From: an uncultured bacterium
GTDB taxonomy: Bacteria; Acidobacteriota; HRBIN11; JAKEFK01
Assembly: GCA_963777505.1 (NCBI GenBank)
Contig: CAVZQN010000008.1
Coordinates: 503,493 to 567,492, forward strand
Length of the DNA stretch: 64,000 nt
Reading direction: 5' to 3'
In this document: positions 21,519 to 33,014 of the stretch, in pieces
Layout of the letters: each line of letters starts with the position of its first letter
Numbering within the stretch: position 1 is the first letter of the stretch
Notes under the pieces: model-generated
Told to the model about the DNA's origin: nothing
Seen by the model: only the letters and a program-made list of their open reading frames with translations
The model's database searches: none
Position numbers and translations under genes: made by a program

Positions 21519-23238
21519 GTGATGCGAGTTCCCGTTGCAGCTGCTTTAGTTCTCGTTGCCGGGCTCGGAACGGCGGGCGCGGCCGATCCGCCCGTGTTCA
21601 TTCCGCGCGAGCGTGCCACCGCCAGCAGGTCTGGACCTGGACCGGGTTCTACGGCGGCACCCACAGCGGCGGCGGCTTCGGTCTCACGCAACTTCAGGGG
21701 CGCAGGGCCGTCGATCTACGGCGACACCGTCCGCAGCCCGATGGCGATTGGCGGGGCGCAGCTCGGCTACAACTGGCAGATGCCCGGCACAGCTTTCGTG
21801 TTCGGCGTCGAAGCCGACGCCAGCATCCTCACGTCCGACGGAACCAACACCTGCCTCGCGTCGTCCGGCTCGATCCTCTCGGCGAACTGCCGGGTCAGCC
21901 AGACGTTTCGCCGGCAGCGTCACCGGACGCGCGGGATACGCAGCCGGGGCTGGCGGGCGCACGCTGCTGTTCGTCAAGGGCGGCGGGGCTGCGCTGCATG
22001 AGACGATCGATATTACCACCAATGGCGGTCCGTACCCGCCGATCACGACGGCCACGACGGGCACGCGGTTCGGCTGGACGGCGGGCGCAGGCGTCGAGCG
22101 TGCGCTGACGCCGACCTGGTCGCTGAAGTTCGAATACGACTACATCGGACTTCGGCGGCGCGGAGATCGCGACCCCGGTGACGTTCCGGCAAGCTGGTCC
22201 CGCTTGCAAATGCCTACGTCGCGCTGCCCGGCGGCACCGTCGACGCGCGGCAGAGCATGCACGCGATCAAACTCGGCGTGAACGCGAAACTCGGCGAGGA
22301 TTCGCGCGCCATCTGGCGTCCCTTCGACGGCGACTATCGCCTGCGTGGCGCGACGGAGGACGTGCGTCTCGGCGGTCGAGGTCGAGATCGGCACGCGCGC
22401 TTGGTACAGCTTTGGCCGTCATCAGAAAGACCTTGGCGGCTCGACGCTGCCGTTCGACCAGAATTTCCTCGTGTCGCGGCTGACCTACGACAGCAGCGCC
22501 TGGTCCGGTGAGGCGTTCGGCCGCGTCGATACGACTGAAGGCGTGTTCGTCAAAGGATTTGCCGGCGGCGGCAGGCTGGTCTCCGGCAAGATGCACGACG
22601 AAGACTGGCTGCTCGCCGGCAACACCATTCCGTATTCGAACACGCTGTCCGATCCGGTCAAGGGTTCGCTTGGCTACGCGGCGCTCGACGTCGGCTACGC
22701 GATGTTCAGGGGTCCGAGCGCAAAGGTCGGCGGCTTCTCGGCTACAGCCTACCTCAGCGACAGCTATTCCGCCTTCGGCTGTTCGCAGATCGTCCTGCCG
22801 AACGCTGGTGTGCGCGCCGGCGATGCCGAACACGACTCTCGTGATCACGCAGGACAATGTGTGGCACGCGGCCCGCGTCGGCCTCAGCGGCGTGGCTACA
22901 CTTGGCGGCGGACTCACGCTGCAGCGGTCGATGCCGCATGGCTGCCGCTGGTGAGCTTTCGCGGCGTGGACAATCATGTGCTGCGCACCGACGTCGCCGA
23001 CACGGTATCGAAGGAAAGCGGCAAGGGGCAGGGCGTCCAGCTCGAAGCCCTGGTTTCCTACGCCTTCGACCCGTCGTTCAGCGTCGGCGCCGGCGGACGC
23101 TACTGGTCGATGTGGACGGACACGGACGCCTTGGTCAACATCTTCGGAACGGCGTGTCCCTGCCAGACGCTGCCGTCGCGGACCGAGCGCTACGGCGCAT
23201 TCGTGCAGGCTGCGTACAGGTTCGGCGTGCCGAAATAG
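21519..23238 (+). pseudogene. outer-membrane beta-barrel protein(s): Omp25/Omp31-like N-terminal barrel followed by an omptin-like barrel, many frame breaks; one or two genes
   Basis: Signal peptide MMRVPVAAALVLVAGLGTAGA. WTWTGFYGGTHSGGGFG, GAQLGYNWQ, FGWTAGAGVERALTPTWSLKFEYDYIG, HAIKLGVNAKLG. Then 22345..23238 reads AVEVEIGTRAWYSF...SGKMHDEDWL...FRGVDNHVLR...FVQAAYRFGVPK. Confidence 0.55.
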
Positions 23239-23335
23239 CCTTTTGCCGGAGCCGCCGCTGGCGCTTGCTGTTGCTTGTTCCGCGCGCATCGCCGATCATT
23301 GTGCCGCAATCGAACTGGCAGCGATGCGAGGCGGA

Positions 23336-24609
<1,274 letters not shown>

Positions 24610-24736
24610 TGTTTTATGAATTCGGTAATTAATTTGAAACCATAGGCATGCAGGCGCCGAAACGTTAACTCAGCGGTTGGCGATCCGCCTTAAGCATGAG
24701 GTCCGCACCAGGGGATTTGGGATCAGGAGCTCGAGC

Positions 24737-25740
24737 ATGGCGGATGACCCGCACGCAGGCGCGCGCCGCGCGAAGACCCCGCCGTTCCTGCTCTACGGCG
24801 TGCTGCTGTTCTGCTTCGGCATCGCGGTCTATCTGTTCGGCGTGCTGCTGGTGTTTCCGCGCTATCTGTTGGGTCTGCGCGAACTGCTCGATCCGGTCGC
24901 CGAATGGCTCGTCTGGTACAGCGGCGTGCCGATCGTGCCGGGCTCGCGCTCGCGCTGTTCGACCTGCTGGTGCTGTTTCATCGCAAGAAGCCGAACGTGC
25001 CGGTCCGCTACGAGCCGGTGCGCCGCCGGCGCGTCACCGTCGCGCTGACCGCCTACAACGACGAAGAAAGCATCGCCAGCGCGGTGAAGGACTTTCTCGC
25101 GCATCCGCTGGTCGAGCGCGTCATCGTCGTCAGCAACAACTCGAAGGACCGCACCTTCGAGCGCGCCGAAGGCGCCGGCGCCATCACGTTCAACGAGGTC
25201 GCGCCCGGCTACGGCCGCTGCGTCTTCCGCTGCCTGACCGAGGCCGTGCGCTTCGACGACACCGAGTTCGTCGTGCTGTGCGAGGGCGACCGGACCTTCC
25301 GCGCCTATGACATCGAGAAGCTGCTCGCCTATGCGCCGCATGCCGACATCGTCAACGGCACGCGCACCGTCGAGCCGCTGCGGCAGTATCTGACCCAGCT
25401 CACCACCTTCATGTACTACGGCAACATCTTCGTCGGCAAGCTGCTCGAGGCCAAGCATCTCGGCCGCGGCACGATCACCGACGTCGGAACCACCTACAAG
25501 CTGTGCCGGCGCGAGGCTCTGATGCCGCTGCTCGGCAAGCTGAAGCCGTCGGTCAATCTCGAGTTCAACGCGCATTTCCTCGACACCGCGCTCGACAACG
25601 ACCTCGTCCTGCTCGAGTGCCCGATCACGTTCCACCCGCGCGTCGGTCTGAGCAAGGGCGGCAACGTCAACAACTGGCGCGGCCTGCAGGTGGGCGTGCG
25701 GATGATCGTCGGTCTGTTCGGAGACTGGCGCTACGCATGA
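24737..25740 (+). pseudogene. family 2 glycosyltransferase with N-terminal transmembrane hairpin (polyprenyl-phosphate glycosyltransferase-like), 1 frame break
   Basis: MADDPHAG...PFLLYGVLLFCFGIAVYLFGVLLVF (24677..25048), then VTVALTAYNDEESIASAVKDF...VVSNNSKDRT...LCEGDRTF (24904..25740). Confidence 0.8.
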
Positions 25741-26373
25741 GCGGTTACCACGCGTCGCGGCTGACCGAGGACCCCAGGCGCGGCAGTGTCTGGCGTGCGC
25801 TGTGGCGCTATTACTTTTCGCGATCGTATCGGCAGGGACGATTGCGTGCTCGATCTCGGCGCGGCTACGGCGACTTCATCAACAACGTGGTCGCGCGCCG
25901 CCGCATCGCCGTCGACATCTGGGATGGCGTGCGCGAGCACCTTGCGCCCGGTGTGGAGGCGATCGTCGGACCGGTGCATGAGCTGGACGCGATCGCCGAC
26001 AGCGCGTCGACTACGCGTTCGCATCGAACGTGTTCGAACACATCCCGCAGGAGATGCTGGTCAAGGTACTGGCTGCGCTGAAACGCACATTCTCGGCGCG
26101 CGGACGGCTGACCATCCTCCAGCCCAATTACCGCTACGCCTTTCGCGAGTATTTCGACGACTACACCCATGTCTCGGTCTACTCGCACATCAGCCTCCCC
26201 GATTTCCTGCGCGCCAACGGCTGGGAGGTGCTCGAGGTTCGGCCGCGCTTCCTGCCGCTGACGGTCAAGTCGCGCCTGCCGATCTGGTCGATCCTGATTG
26301 CGGCCTATCTCAAATCGCCCTTCAAGCCGATGGGCAAGCAGATGCTCGTCGTCGCGCGCCCGGTCCGCCGTGA
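25737..26373 (+). pseudogene. class I SAM-dependent methyltransferase, about 3 frame breaks
   Basis: ATGA overlap with the GT2 stop at 25737-25740. VLDLGAGYGDFINN motif across 25786..26373 and 25503..26081. VFEHIPQEMLVKVLAALKRTFSARGRLTILQPN in 26030..27208. The stop at 26371-26373 overlaps a GTG at 26370. Confidence 0.75.
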
Positions 26374-27933
26374 TCGACATCCTGGTCTGGGATCGCGGGG
26401 CACGCGATCAGAGTTCGCCTTCAGCAAGGCGTCATCGCGCTCGCTGCGATCGTTGCGGTGTTGCTGCTGCGAAATCTCGGCACGCTGCTCGTTTTTTCGT
26501 TCAATGCGCTGTCTTACCCCTACAGCCTCGACTATGGCGAAGGCATCGTCTGGCAGCAGATGCGCGACATGCTGCAGGGGACCGCTTATGGTCCCCTCGA
26601 GGTCTATCCGGCAATCGTCTATCACTATCCTCCGGTCTTCCACCTGGTCGCCGGGGCAACTGCGGCGATCAGCGGTGCCGATCAACTGGCGGCGGGCCGC
26701 GCAGTCGAAGTCGTTTCGTCGTTCGGTGACCGCGGTTCTCATCACGAGCCTGACCATGCTGGCGATTGGGACGGGAGTACTCCGTTGGGATCAGAACCAC
26801 TTGCGGTATCGTTGCGGCACTGATGTTCCTGAGTTGCGGCCCGGTTATCGCTTGGACACCGCTGATGCGCGTGGACATGTTGGCAAACGCGCTTGGCTTG
26901 CTCGGCCTCGTGTTCGCCATCCGCGCGATCGATCGTCCGGCCTGGATTTACGCTGCATCGGTCGCGTTCGTGTTGTCTCTTTACACCAAGCAGATCGGGA
27001 TCGCTGCACCGATGGCGGCCTTTGCTGTTCTGCTGCTGGTCGACCGGAAGACAGCCTTGCGTGGGCTTGCGGCTTCGACCCTGCTTGGGCTGATTATCCT
27101 GGGTACGCTGACGTGGCTGACCGATGGCGGGTTCGTCCGCCACATCTTCATGTACAACGTGAACCGGCTCGATCTTATCCCGGCTTGTCTACCTGGCAAC
27201 CGGGGTAGGCAGCCATCTGCCGCTTGTCTTGCTGGCATGGCAGGCACGTTCTACAGCTGGCAGGTTGTGTCAGGGCAGGCGGGACCGTAGCCCTGCAATC
27301 GGTTCGCGCGTTGAAGGGTGATCGCACCGCCATTGCGTCGCTCGTTCTTCTTGCTCTCCTCGCTATCAGGACGTTGATGCTGCCGGCTATTCTGAAGTCG
27401 GGTTCTAACCACAACTACTTGATTGAATGGCTGTCGGTGCTGGCGATCTTTGCCGGCATCGCGATGAACCAGGTGATTGCACTGGCGTTTGGAAGGTCCG
27501 CACGACTCGGAAAGGCGCCCCTGCTGCTTTCTCTTGCGGCAACTGTCGCGTTCATGCCGCTGCTGCTTGGCCGGGAAATCAGTGCTCGGCAGAATGGACT
27601 GACCGAGCAGCGGAATTGACGCCGCTCGTGGAGCGAATCGCGGCAGCGCGCAAGCCCGTGATTGCCGACGATATGACGCTTCTCATCCGTGCCGGCCGGA
27701 GGGTCGATTGGGAGCCTGCGATCGCAGCCGAGCTTGCGCATACTGGCCTGTACGATGAAGCTGCATTCGCCAACTTGATCCGTGCCGGCCATTTCGCCTT
27801 CTTCGTTACCGAAGAGAGGATGGGGACCAAGGTGTTTAACGAGCGCTACAACGACGCGGTCGCCACCGCCATCAAGGACCTCTATCCGCGTCAGGAGGAC
27901 GTTGGCGGAGACACCTTGCACCTGCCGCGGTAG
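26370..27933 (+). pseudogene. polytopic GT-C-type membrane glycosyltransferase-like protein (DUF2029/GT87-like) with periplasmic C-terminal domain, at least 4 frame breaks
   Basis: Chained from 26298..26729, 26458..26823 (LLLRNLGTLLVFSFNALSYPYSLDYGEGIVWQQ...VYPAIVYHYPPVFHLV), 26766..27290, 27224..27619 and 27427..27933. Many hydrophobic helices. Visibly A/T-richer than its neighbours. Confidence 0.55.
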
Positions 27934-28012
27934 TGGTTGATCGCGAGCACAGTCGCGCCCACTGTCCGAATTGTTCAAGCAACCGGCTTGCGAAGGCGCT
28001 AGAGTTGTGCGC

Positions 28013-28342
28013 ATGGCATCGCAGCAACGCACCACGGATTACATCGTCGAGCAGATTGCGACAGCGGGGAGCGTGTCTGCGCGCAAGATGTTCGGTGAGT
28101 ACGGAATTTATTGCGACGGCAAGTTGGTGGCGCTCGTGTGCGACGACCAATTGTTCGTCAAGCCGACCAAGGCCGGTCGTGCGCACATCGGCAAGGTCCG
28201 TGAAGCGCCGCCGTATCCGGGAGCCAAACCCTGCTTCCTCATTTCTGGCGATTTATGGGATGATGCTGACTGGATGGCAAAGCTTGTCAGGATCTCGGCG
28301 GCGGAACTGCCCGCACCGGTCAAGAAGCGCAAGGCAAAATAA
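28013..28342 (+). CDS. TfoX N-terminal domain protein
   Basis: MASQQRTTDYIVEQI...RKMFGEYGIYCDGKLVALVCDDQLFVKPTKAG. ATG at 28013 inside ORF 27971..28342. Confidence 0.75.
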   Translation: MASQQRTTDYIVEQIATAGSVSARKMFGEYGIYCDGKLVALVCDDQLFVKPTKAGRAHIGKVREAPPYPGAKPCFLISGDLWDDADWMAKLVRISAAELPAPVKKRKAK

Positions 28343-28654
28343 CATTCGCAGGCTCAAATGGTGCGCGATCGGCCGGCAGGCAATCAGCAGGCGATCCTGT
28401 TCGGCTTCGGTGACCCGCTATGCCAACCAGGTGCACCGGGACGGCGCCAGGGATACGGTCGCGGTACTGCTGATCGTCGGCGATGGCCCGGTCACCTCCT
28501 CGCCGTTCGCACCTCCATCGAAGTAATGGCCGCGGTTTTCAGGCTGTTCGTGTATGCTGCGGGCAGCCTGTTACCTGCGTGGCGGGCAGGTGTCTGGCGT
28601 CGTCGATAAGGTCTGCGCGCTGGACGGCGCACGGGTTTCGAAAGAGGCAGAATC

Positions 28655-30348
28655 ATGCAAAAGGCGGCCAGTTACGTCAGCGGAACATCGGATGCGCCGC
28701 TGCTCGGCATGACGATCGGAGAGGCGCTCGATCGGGCGCGGCTGCAGTGGGGCGAGCGCGAAGCGCTGGTGTCGCCGAGTCACGGCGTGCGGCTGAGCTG
28801 GCGCGAGTTCGCCGACCAGGTCGATGCGGTTGCGGCGGGCTTTCTCGCGCTCGGCCTCGAGCGTGGCGACCGCATCGGCATCTGGTCGCTGAACCGGCCG
28901 GAATGGACGCTGACGCAGTTCGCCGCCGCCAAGGCCGGGCTGATCCTGGTGACGATCAATCCGGCCTACCGCCTGAACGAACTGGAGTTCGCGCTCGCCA
29001 AGGTCGGCTGCAGCGCGCTGGTCACGGCGACCGCGTTCAAGACCAGCAACTACATGGAGATGATCAACACGCTTGCGCCGGAACTGGCGCGCTGCGCGCC
29101 GGGCGAACTCAAGGCGGCAAAGCTGCCGAAGCTCCGCACCGTCATCCAGATCGGCGGGCCGAAGCAGCCCGGCACGATCGCCTTCGAGGACGTGGCGGGC
29201 ATGGGGCGTGATCGCCATCGCGAGATGCTGGCCGGCTTGTCGAAGAGCCTGCAGTTCGACGATCCGATCAACATCCAGTTCACCAGCGGCACCACCGGCT
29301 CGCCGAAGGGCGTGACGCTGACGCACCACAACATTCTCAACAACGGCTATTTCGTCGGCCGCGCCATGGCGCTGACCGAACGCGACCGGATGTGCATCCC
29401 GGTGCCGCTCTATCACTGCTTCGGCATGGTGATGGGCAACCTCACGGCCGTGACGCATGGCTGCAGCGATGGTCTTTCCCGGCGAGGGCTTCGATCCGCT
29501 GGTGACGCTGACGACGATCGAGCAGGAGAAGTGCACGACGCTCTATGGCGTGCCGACGATGTTCATCGCCGAACTGGAGCATCCGGAGTTTTCGCGCTTC
29601 AACCTGTCGTCGCTGCGCACCGGCATCATGGCCGGCGCGCCGTGCCCGATCGAGGTGATGCGGCGGGTGATCGACAAGATGAACATGCGCGACGTGACGA
29701 TCGCCTACGGCATGACCGAGACCAGTCCGGTCAGCTTCCAGACCGGCATGAGCGACTACGGTGGAACGGCGCGTGTCGACGGTCGGCCGCGTTCATCCGC
29801 ACATCGAGGTGAAGGTCGTCGATCTCGAGGGCAAGGTCGTGCCGCGCGGCGAGACCGGTGAACTGTGCACGCGCGGCTACAGCGTCATGCTGGGCTACTG
29901 GGACGAACCGCAGAAGACCGCCGAGGTGCTGGACGACGGCGGCTGGATGCACACCGGCGATCTCGCCACCATCGACGACGAGGGCTACGGCAACATCGTC
30001 GGCCGCATCAAGGACATGGTGATCCGCGGCGGCGAGAACCTCTATCCGCGCGAGATCGAGGAGTATCTCTACAAGCATCCGAAGGTCCAGGACGCCCAGG
30101 TGTTCGGCGTCGCCGACGACCGCTATGGCGAGGAGCTGTGCGCCTGGATTCGCGTCAAGCCCGGCGAGACGCTGACCGCGGAGGAGGTGCGTGCCTTCTG
30201 CCAGGGACAGATCGCCCACAACAAGATCCCGCGCTACATCGAGTTCGTCGCCGAGTTTCCGATGACCGTGACCGGCAAGGTGCAGAAGTTCATCATGCGC
30301 GACGTGGTCGAGCAGAAGCTCGGGCTGAAGCGGGCGAAGACGGCCTGA
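28655..30348 (+). pseudogene. AMP-binding acyl-CoA synthetase / fatty-acid-CoA ligase, 2 frame breaks
   Basis: [18 protein letters not shown] (28655..29812), YGMTETSP (29457..29861), [25 protein letters not shown]...GKVQKF (29761..30348). Confidence 0.85.
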
Positions 30349-30435
30349 GCTGGCAAAGCGGTTTGCCTGCCGGCTTGCATCGCCGGCGCGCAAATGATTT
30401 CTTCTCCGAAACAACTGGAGTTTGGGGGAGATGTC

Positions 30436-31360
30436 ATGGACAGGCCGTTTGTCGTTCACGATCCGCGATTTGGCGCACTTGTCGTCGGCCATGGGCTGCT
30501 GGACAAGCTCCATACCGGCATGCGCTGGGCCGAGGGGCCGGCGTACTTTCCGGCCGGCCGCTATCTTGTCTGGTCGGACATTCCGAACGACCGGCTGATG
30601 CGGTTCGACGAGACCGACGGCTCGGTGTCGGTATTTCGCGAGCCGTGCAACAACGCCAATGGCAACACCACCGATCACGAAGGCCGGCTCGTCACCTGCG
30701 AGCATCGCGGACGCCGTGTGACGCGCACCGAGCATGACGGCTCGATCACCGTGCTGGCCGACCGCTTCGAGGGCAAGAAGCTGAACTCGCCGAACGACCT
30801 GGTGATCAAGTCGGATCGCTCGATCTGGTTCACCGATCCGACCTACGGCATCGACAGCGACTACGAGGGCGACAAGGCCGAATCCGAGATCGGCGCGTCG
30901 AACGTCTATCGCATCGATCCGAACAGCGGGGCGGTGACCCTGGTCATCAGCGACCGGATCAAGCCGAACGGCCTCGCGTTCTCGCCCGACGAGAAGATTC
31001 TCTATGTCGCCGACACCGGCGGCTCGCACGTGCCGGGGCTGCAAGCGGACGATGCACGCCTATGACGTCAATGCCGACGGCGTCTCGGTGAGCAACGGGC
31101 GGCTGTTTGCGACCTGTCCGGAAGGCGGCTTCGACGGCTTTCGCTGCGACACCGCCGGCAATGTCTGGACCTCGGCCGGCCGCAATGTGTTCTGCTATGC
31201 GCCGGACGGCACGCACATCGGCACGATTCCGATCGGCGAACTCGTCGCCAATGTCTGCTTCGGCGGCCCGAAGCGTAACCGTCTCTATATCTGCGGGCAG
31301 ACATCGCTCTATGCGATCTACACCAAGGCGCGGGGAATTCTGACCGAAAACTCAGTGTGA
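30436..31360 (+). pseudogene. SMP-30/gluconolactonase/LRE-like protein, 1 frame break
   Basis: MDRPFVVHDPRF...EGPAYFPAGRYLVWSDIPNDRLMRFD...NSPNDLV...PNGLAFSPDEKILYVADTG (30394..31065) and FDGFRCDTAGNVW...NVCFGGPKRNRLYI (31004..31360). Confidence 0.8.
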
Positions 31361-31469
31361 TGCGCCGCACGCCGGCAGTTCGGGCGCGGCAATGCCGTTG
31401 AACCATTCCGCATGGCGGCGAACTAAACCCTGAACACGGCCGGTGGCCGCAACCATTCAGGGCCTCGCC

Positions 31470-31904
31470 ATGCGCTTCTTCCTCGCTACCGCCGCCATTA
31501 TCATCGCTGTGACCGCCGCCCAGGCGCAGGGTGCCGCTGCGCGCGTCCGCGCGACGATCAGGCGGTCCAGAGCCTCGTCGAAAAACTGAAAGCCACGCGC
31601 GAACGTCAAGAGCGATGCAAAGCCGGCGGAGTCGGCGCCGGCCGAGGCGAAGCCGGTCGAGACGAAGCCTGACGAAGCCAAACCGGCAGAGATCAAGCCG
31701 GTCGCGGCCAAGCCTGCGGTGATCGAGACGAAGCCGGCTGAAACCAAGGCGGTCGAGACAAAGCCGGTCGAAGCGAAGCCGGTTCAGACCGTGACCGAAA
31801 CGAAGCCGGAGAAGAAGCCCGTCGTCGTCAAGAGCCGCGAGACCCGCGAGCAGACCGCGCGCCGGATCGCCGAGAAGTACGGCTTCAACCTCGATATCGA
31901 CTGA
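31470..31904 (+). pseudogene. secreted low-complexity protein with (E/A)(T/A)KP(V/A) pentapeptide repeats; one in-frame TGA or a pair of compensating indels
   Basis: ATG at 31470 encodes signal peptide MRFFLATAAIIIAVTAAQAQ. The same frame resumes as KSDAKPAESAPAEAKPVETKPDEAKPAEIKPVAAKPAVIETKPAETKAVETKPVEAKPVQ...SRETREQTARRIAEKYGFNLDID (31719..31904 is its tail). TGA at 31585-31587 interrupts it. Confidence 0.45.
31617..31830 (+). repeat. 15-nt periodic coding tandem repeat (GAG/GAA-ACG/GCG-AAG-CCG-GTC-like units, about a dozen copies)
   Basis: Read directly from the sequence. The periodicity is codon-phased. Confidence 0.6.
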
Positions 31905-31926
31905 TCAGCAAAAAATCCGCAGCATG

Positions 31927-32037
31927 TCGTCCCTGCGAAAGCGGGGTACGCCGTGTCGCCCATGAAGCAGTCGGTCGTTGTTGCCATTCCAACCATGACT
32001 TCTGTGGCGTATGGATGCCCTGCTTTCGCGGGATGAC
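31927..32037. repeat. REP/MITE-like intergenic element: inverted pair of GTCGTCCCTGCGAAAGCGGGGTA / rc GTCATCCCGCGAAAGCAGGGCAT motifs
   Basis: Left arm 31927-31953 and right arm 32006-32037. Each arm contains its own small hairpin (CCCNGC-GAAA-GCNGGG). No ORF. A related element lies at 61562-61688. Confidence 0.6.
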
Positions 32038-32052
32038 GAGTAGAGGCCGCAG

Positions 32053-33014
32053 CTATCGGTGTTCGTTCTTCAGGAACGAAATCAGCGCGGCGTTGACCTC
32101 GTCCGGCCGCTCCTGCTGGGTCCAGTGTCCGCAGCCCTCCAGGATGATGGTCTCGCGCAGCTGCGGGATGTGTTCCTTCAATTGCGGGATCAACTGGTCC
32201 ATGCCGGGAAACCGGTAGACCAGGTCGTGATCGCCGACCACGTAGAGCGCCGGCACGCTGATCTTCGCTCCGGCCCATGGCGCGAGCAGCTGCCAGTTGC
32301 GGTCGATGTTGCGATACCAGTTCAGTCCGCCGCGAAAGCCGGCGCGCGTGAACTCTTCCGCGTAGGTGTCGATGTCCGCCTGCGTGAGCCAGGGCGGCAG
32401 GCTTTCCGGGGCCGCTCGCGACGCGAGCCAGCCGCCGGCGCGCGGCACCATGCCGGCGCCTTCGGAGGCTCCCGAGCCTCCAACCCCGATCAGAAGCTTC
32501 ATGATCGTGCCCCTGACGTCGCCTTCGAATTCGCGCTCGGCGACGCCAGGCTCCTGAAAGTAGAGCTGGTAGAAGATCGCGTTGTCGGTCTGCGGCATCA
32601 CGCTGGTCGGCTGCACCGGGCGCGCGCGGACGGTGACGGGACGCTCAGCGCAGCGACCGCCTTGAAGATGTCCGGGCGCAGCAGTGCGCAATGCCAGGCG
32701 ACCGGCGCGCCCCAGTCGTGGCCGACGACGGCGGCCTCGGTGCGTCCCAGCGCGGACACCGCGCCGACGATGTCGCCGACCAGATGCAGCAGCGTGTATT
32801 GATCGATGTCGTGCGGCTTGTCGGTCTTGCCGTAGCCGCGCATGTCCGGCGCAACGGCATGGTATCCGGCCTCGGCCAGCGCCGTCAGCTGATGCCGCCA
32901 CGAGTACCAGGACTCGGGCCAGCCGTGGCACAGCAGCACCAGCGGCCCGGAGCCGGCCTCGGCGATGTGCATGGAAATGCCGTTGGTCTCGATCGTGCGA
33001 TGGGAGATGGTCAT
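32053..33014 (-). pseudogene. alpha/beta hydrolase, epoxide-hydrolase-like, 1 frame break
   Basis: 32598..33014 (GSGPLVLLCHGWPESWYSWRHQL...VVGHDWGAPVAW) and 32053..32931 (GGLNWYRNIDRNWQ...GCGHWTQQERPDEVN). Confidence 0.8.

Noticed and set aside
24610-24736. A/T-rich patch (TTAATGTTTTATGAATTCGGTAATTAATTTGAAACC) before the GT2 gene as an island boundary or att site
   Set aside because: There is no flanking direct repeat, tRNA, integrase or transposase anywhere in the window. It is more simply the promoter region of the glycosylation operon.
31585-31587. In-frame TGA inside the repeat-protein gene as a possible selenocysteine or programmed read-through site
   Set aside because: There is no recognisable SECIS-like hairpin immediately downstream, and no redox-protein context. 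An alternative frame across 31545-31610 gives a more protein-like sequence. Given the window-wide indel load, two compensating indels are the simpler explanation.
31617-31830. 15-nt periodic tandem repeat considered as a CRISPR-like or non-coding satellite array
   Set aside because: The units are contiguous with no spacers and are codon-phased. They sit in an open frame continuous with a signal peptide and a C-terminal module. This is a coding low-complexity repeat.
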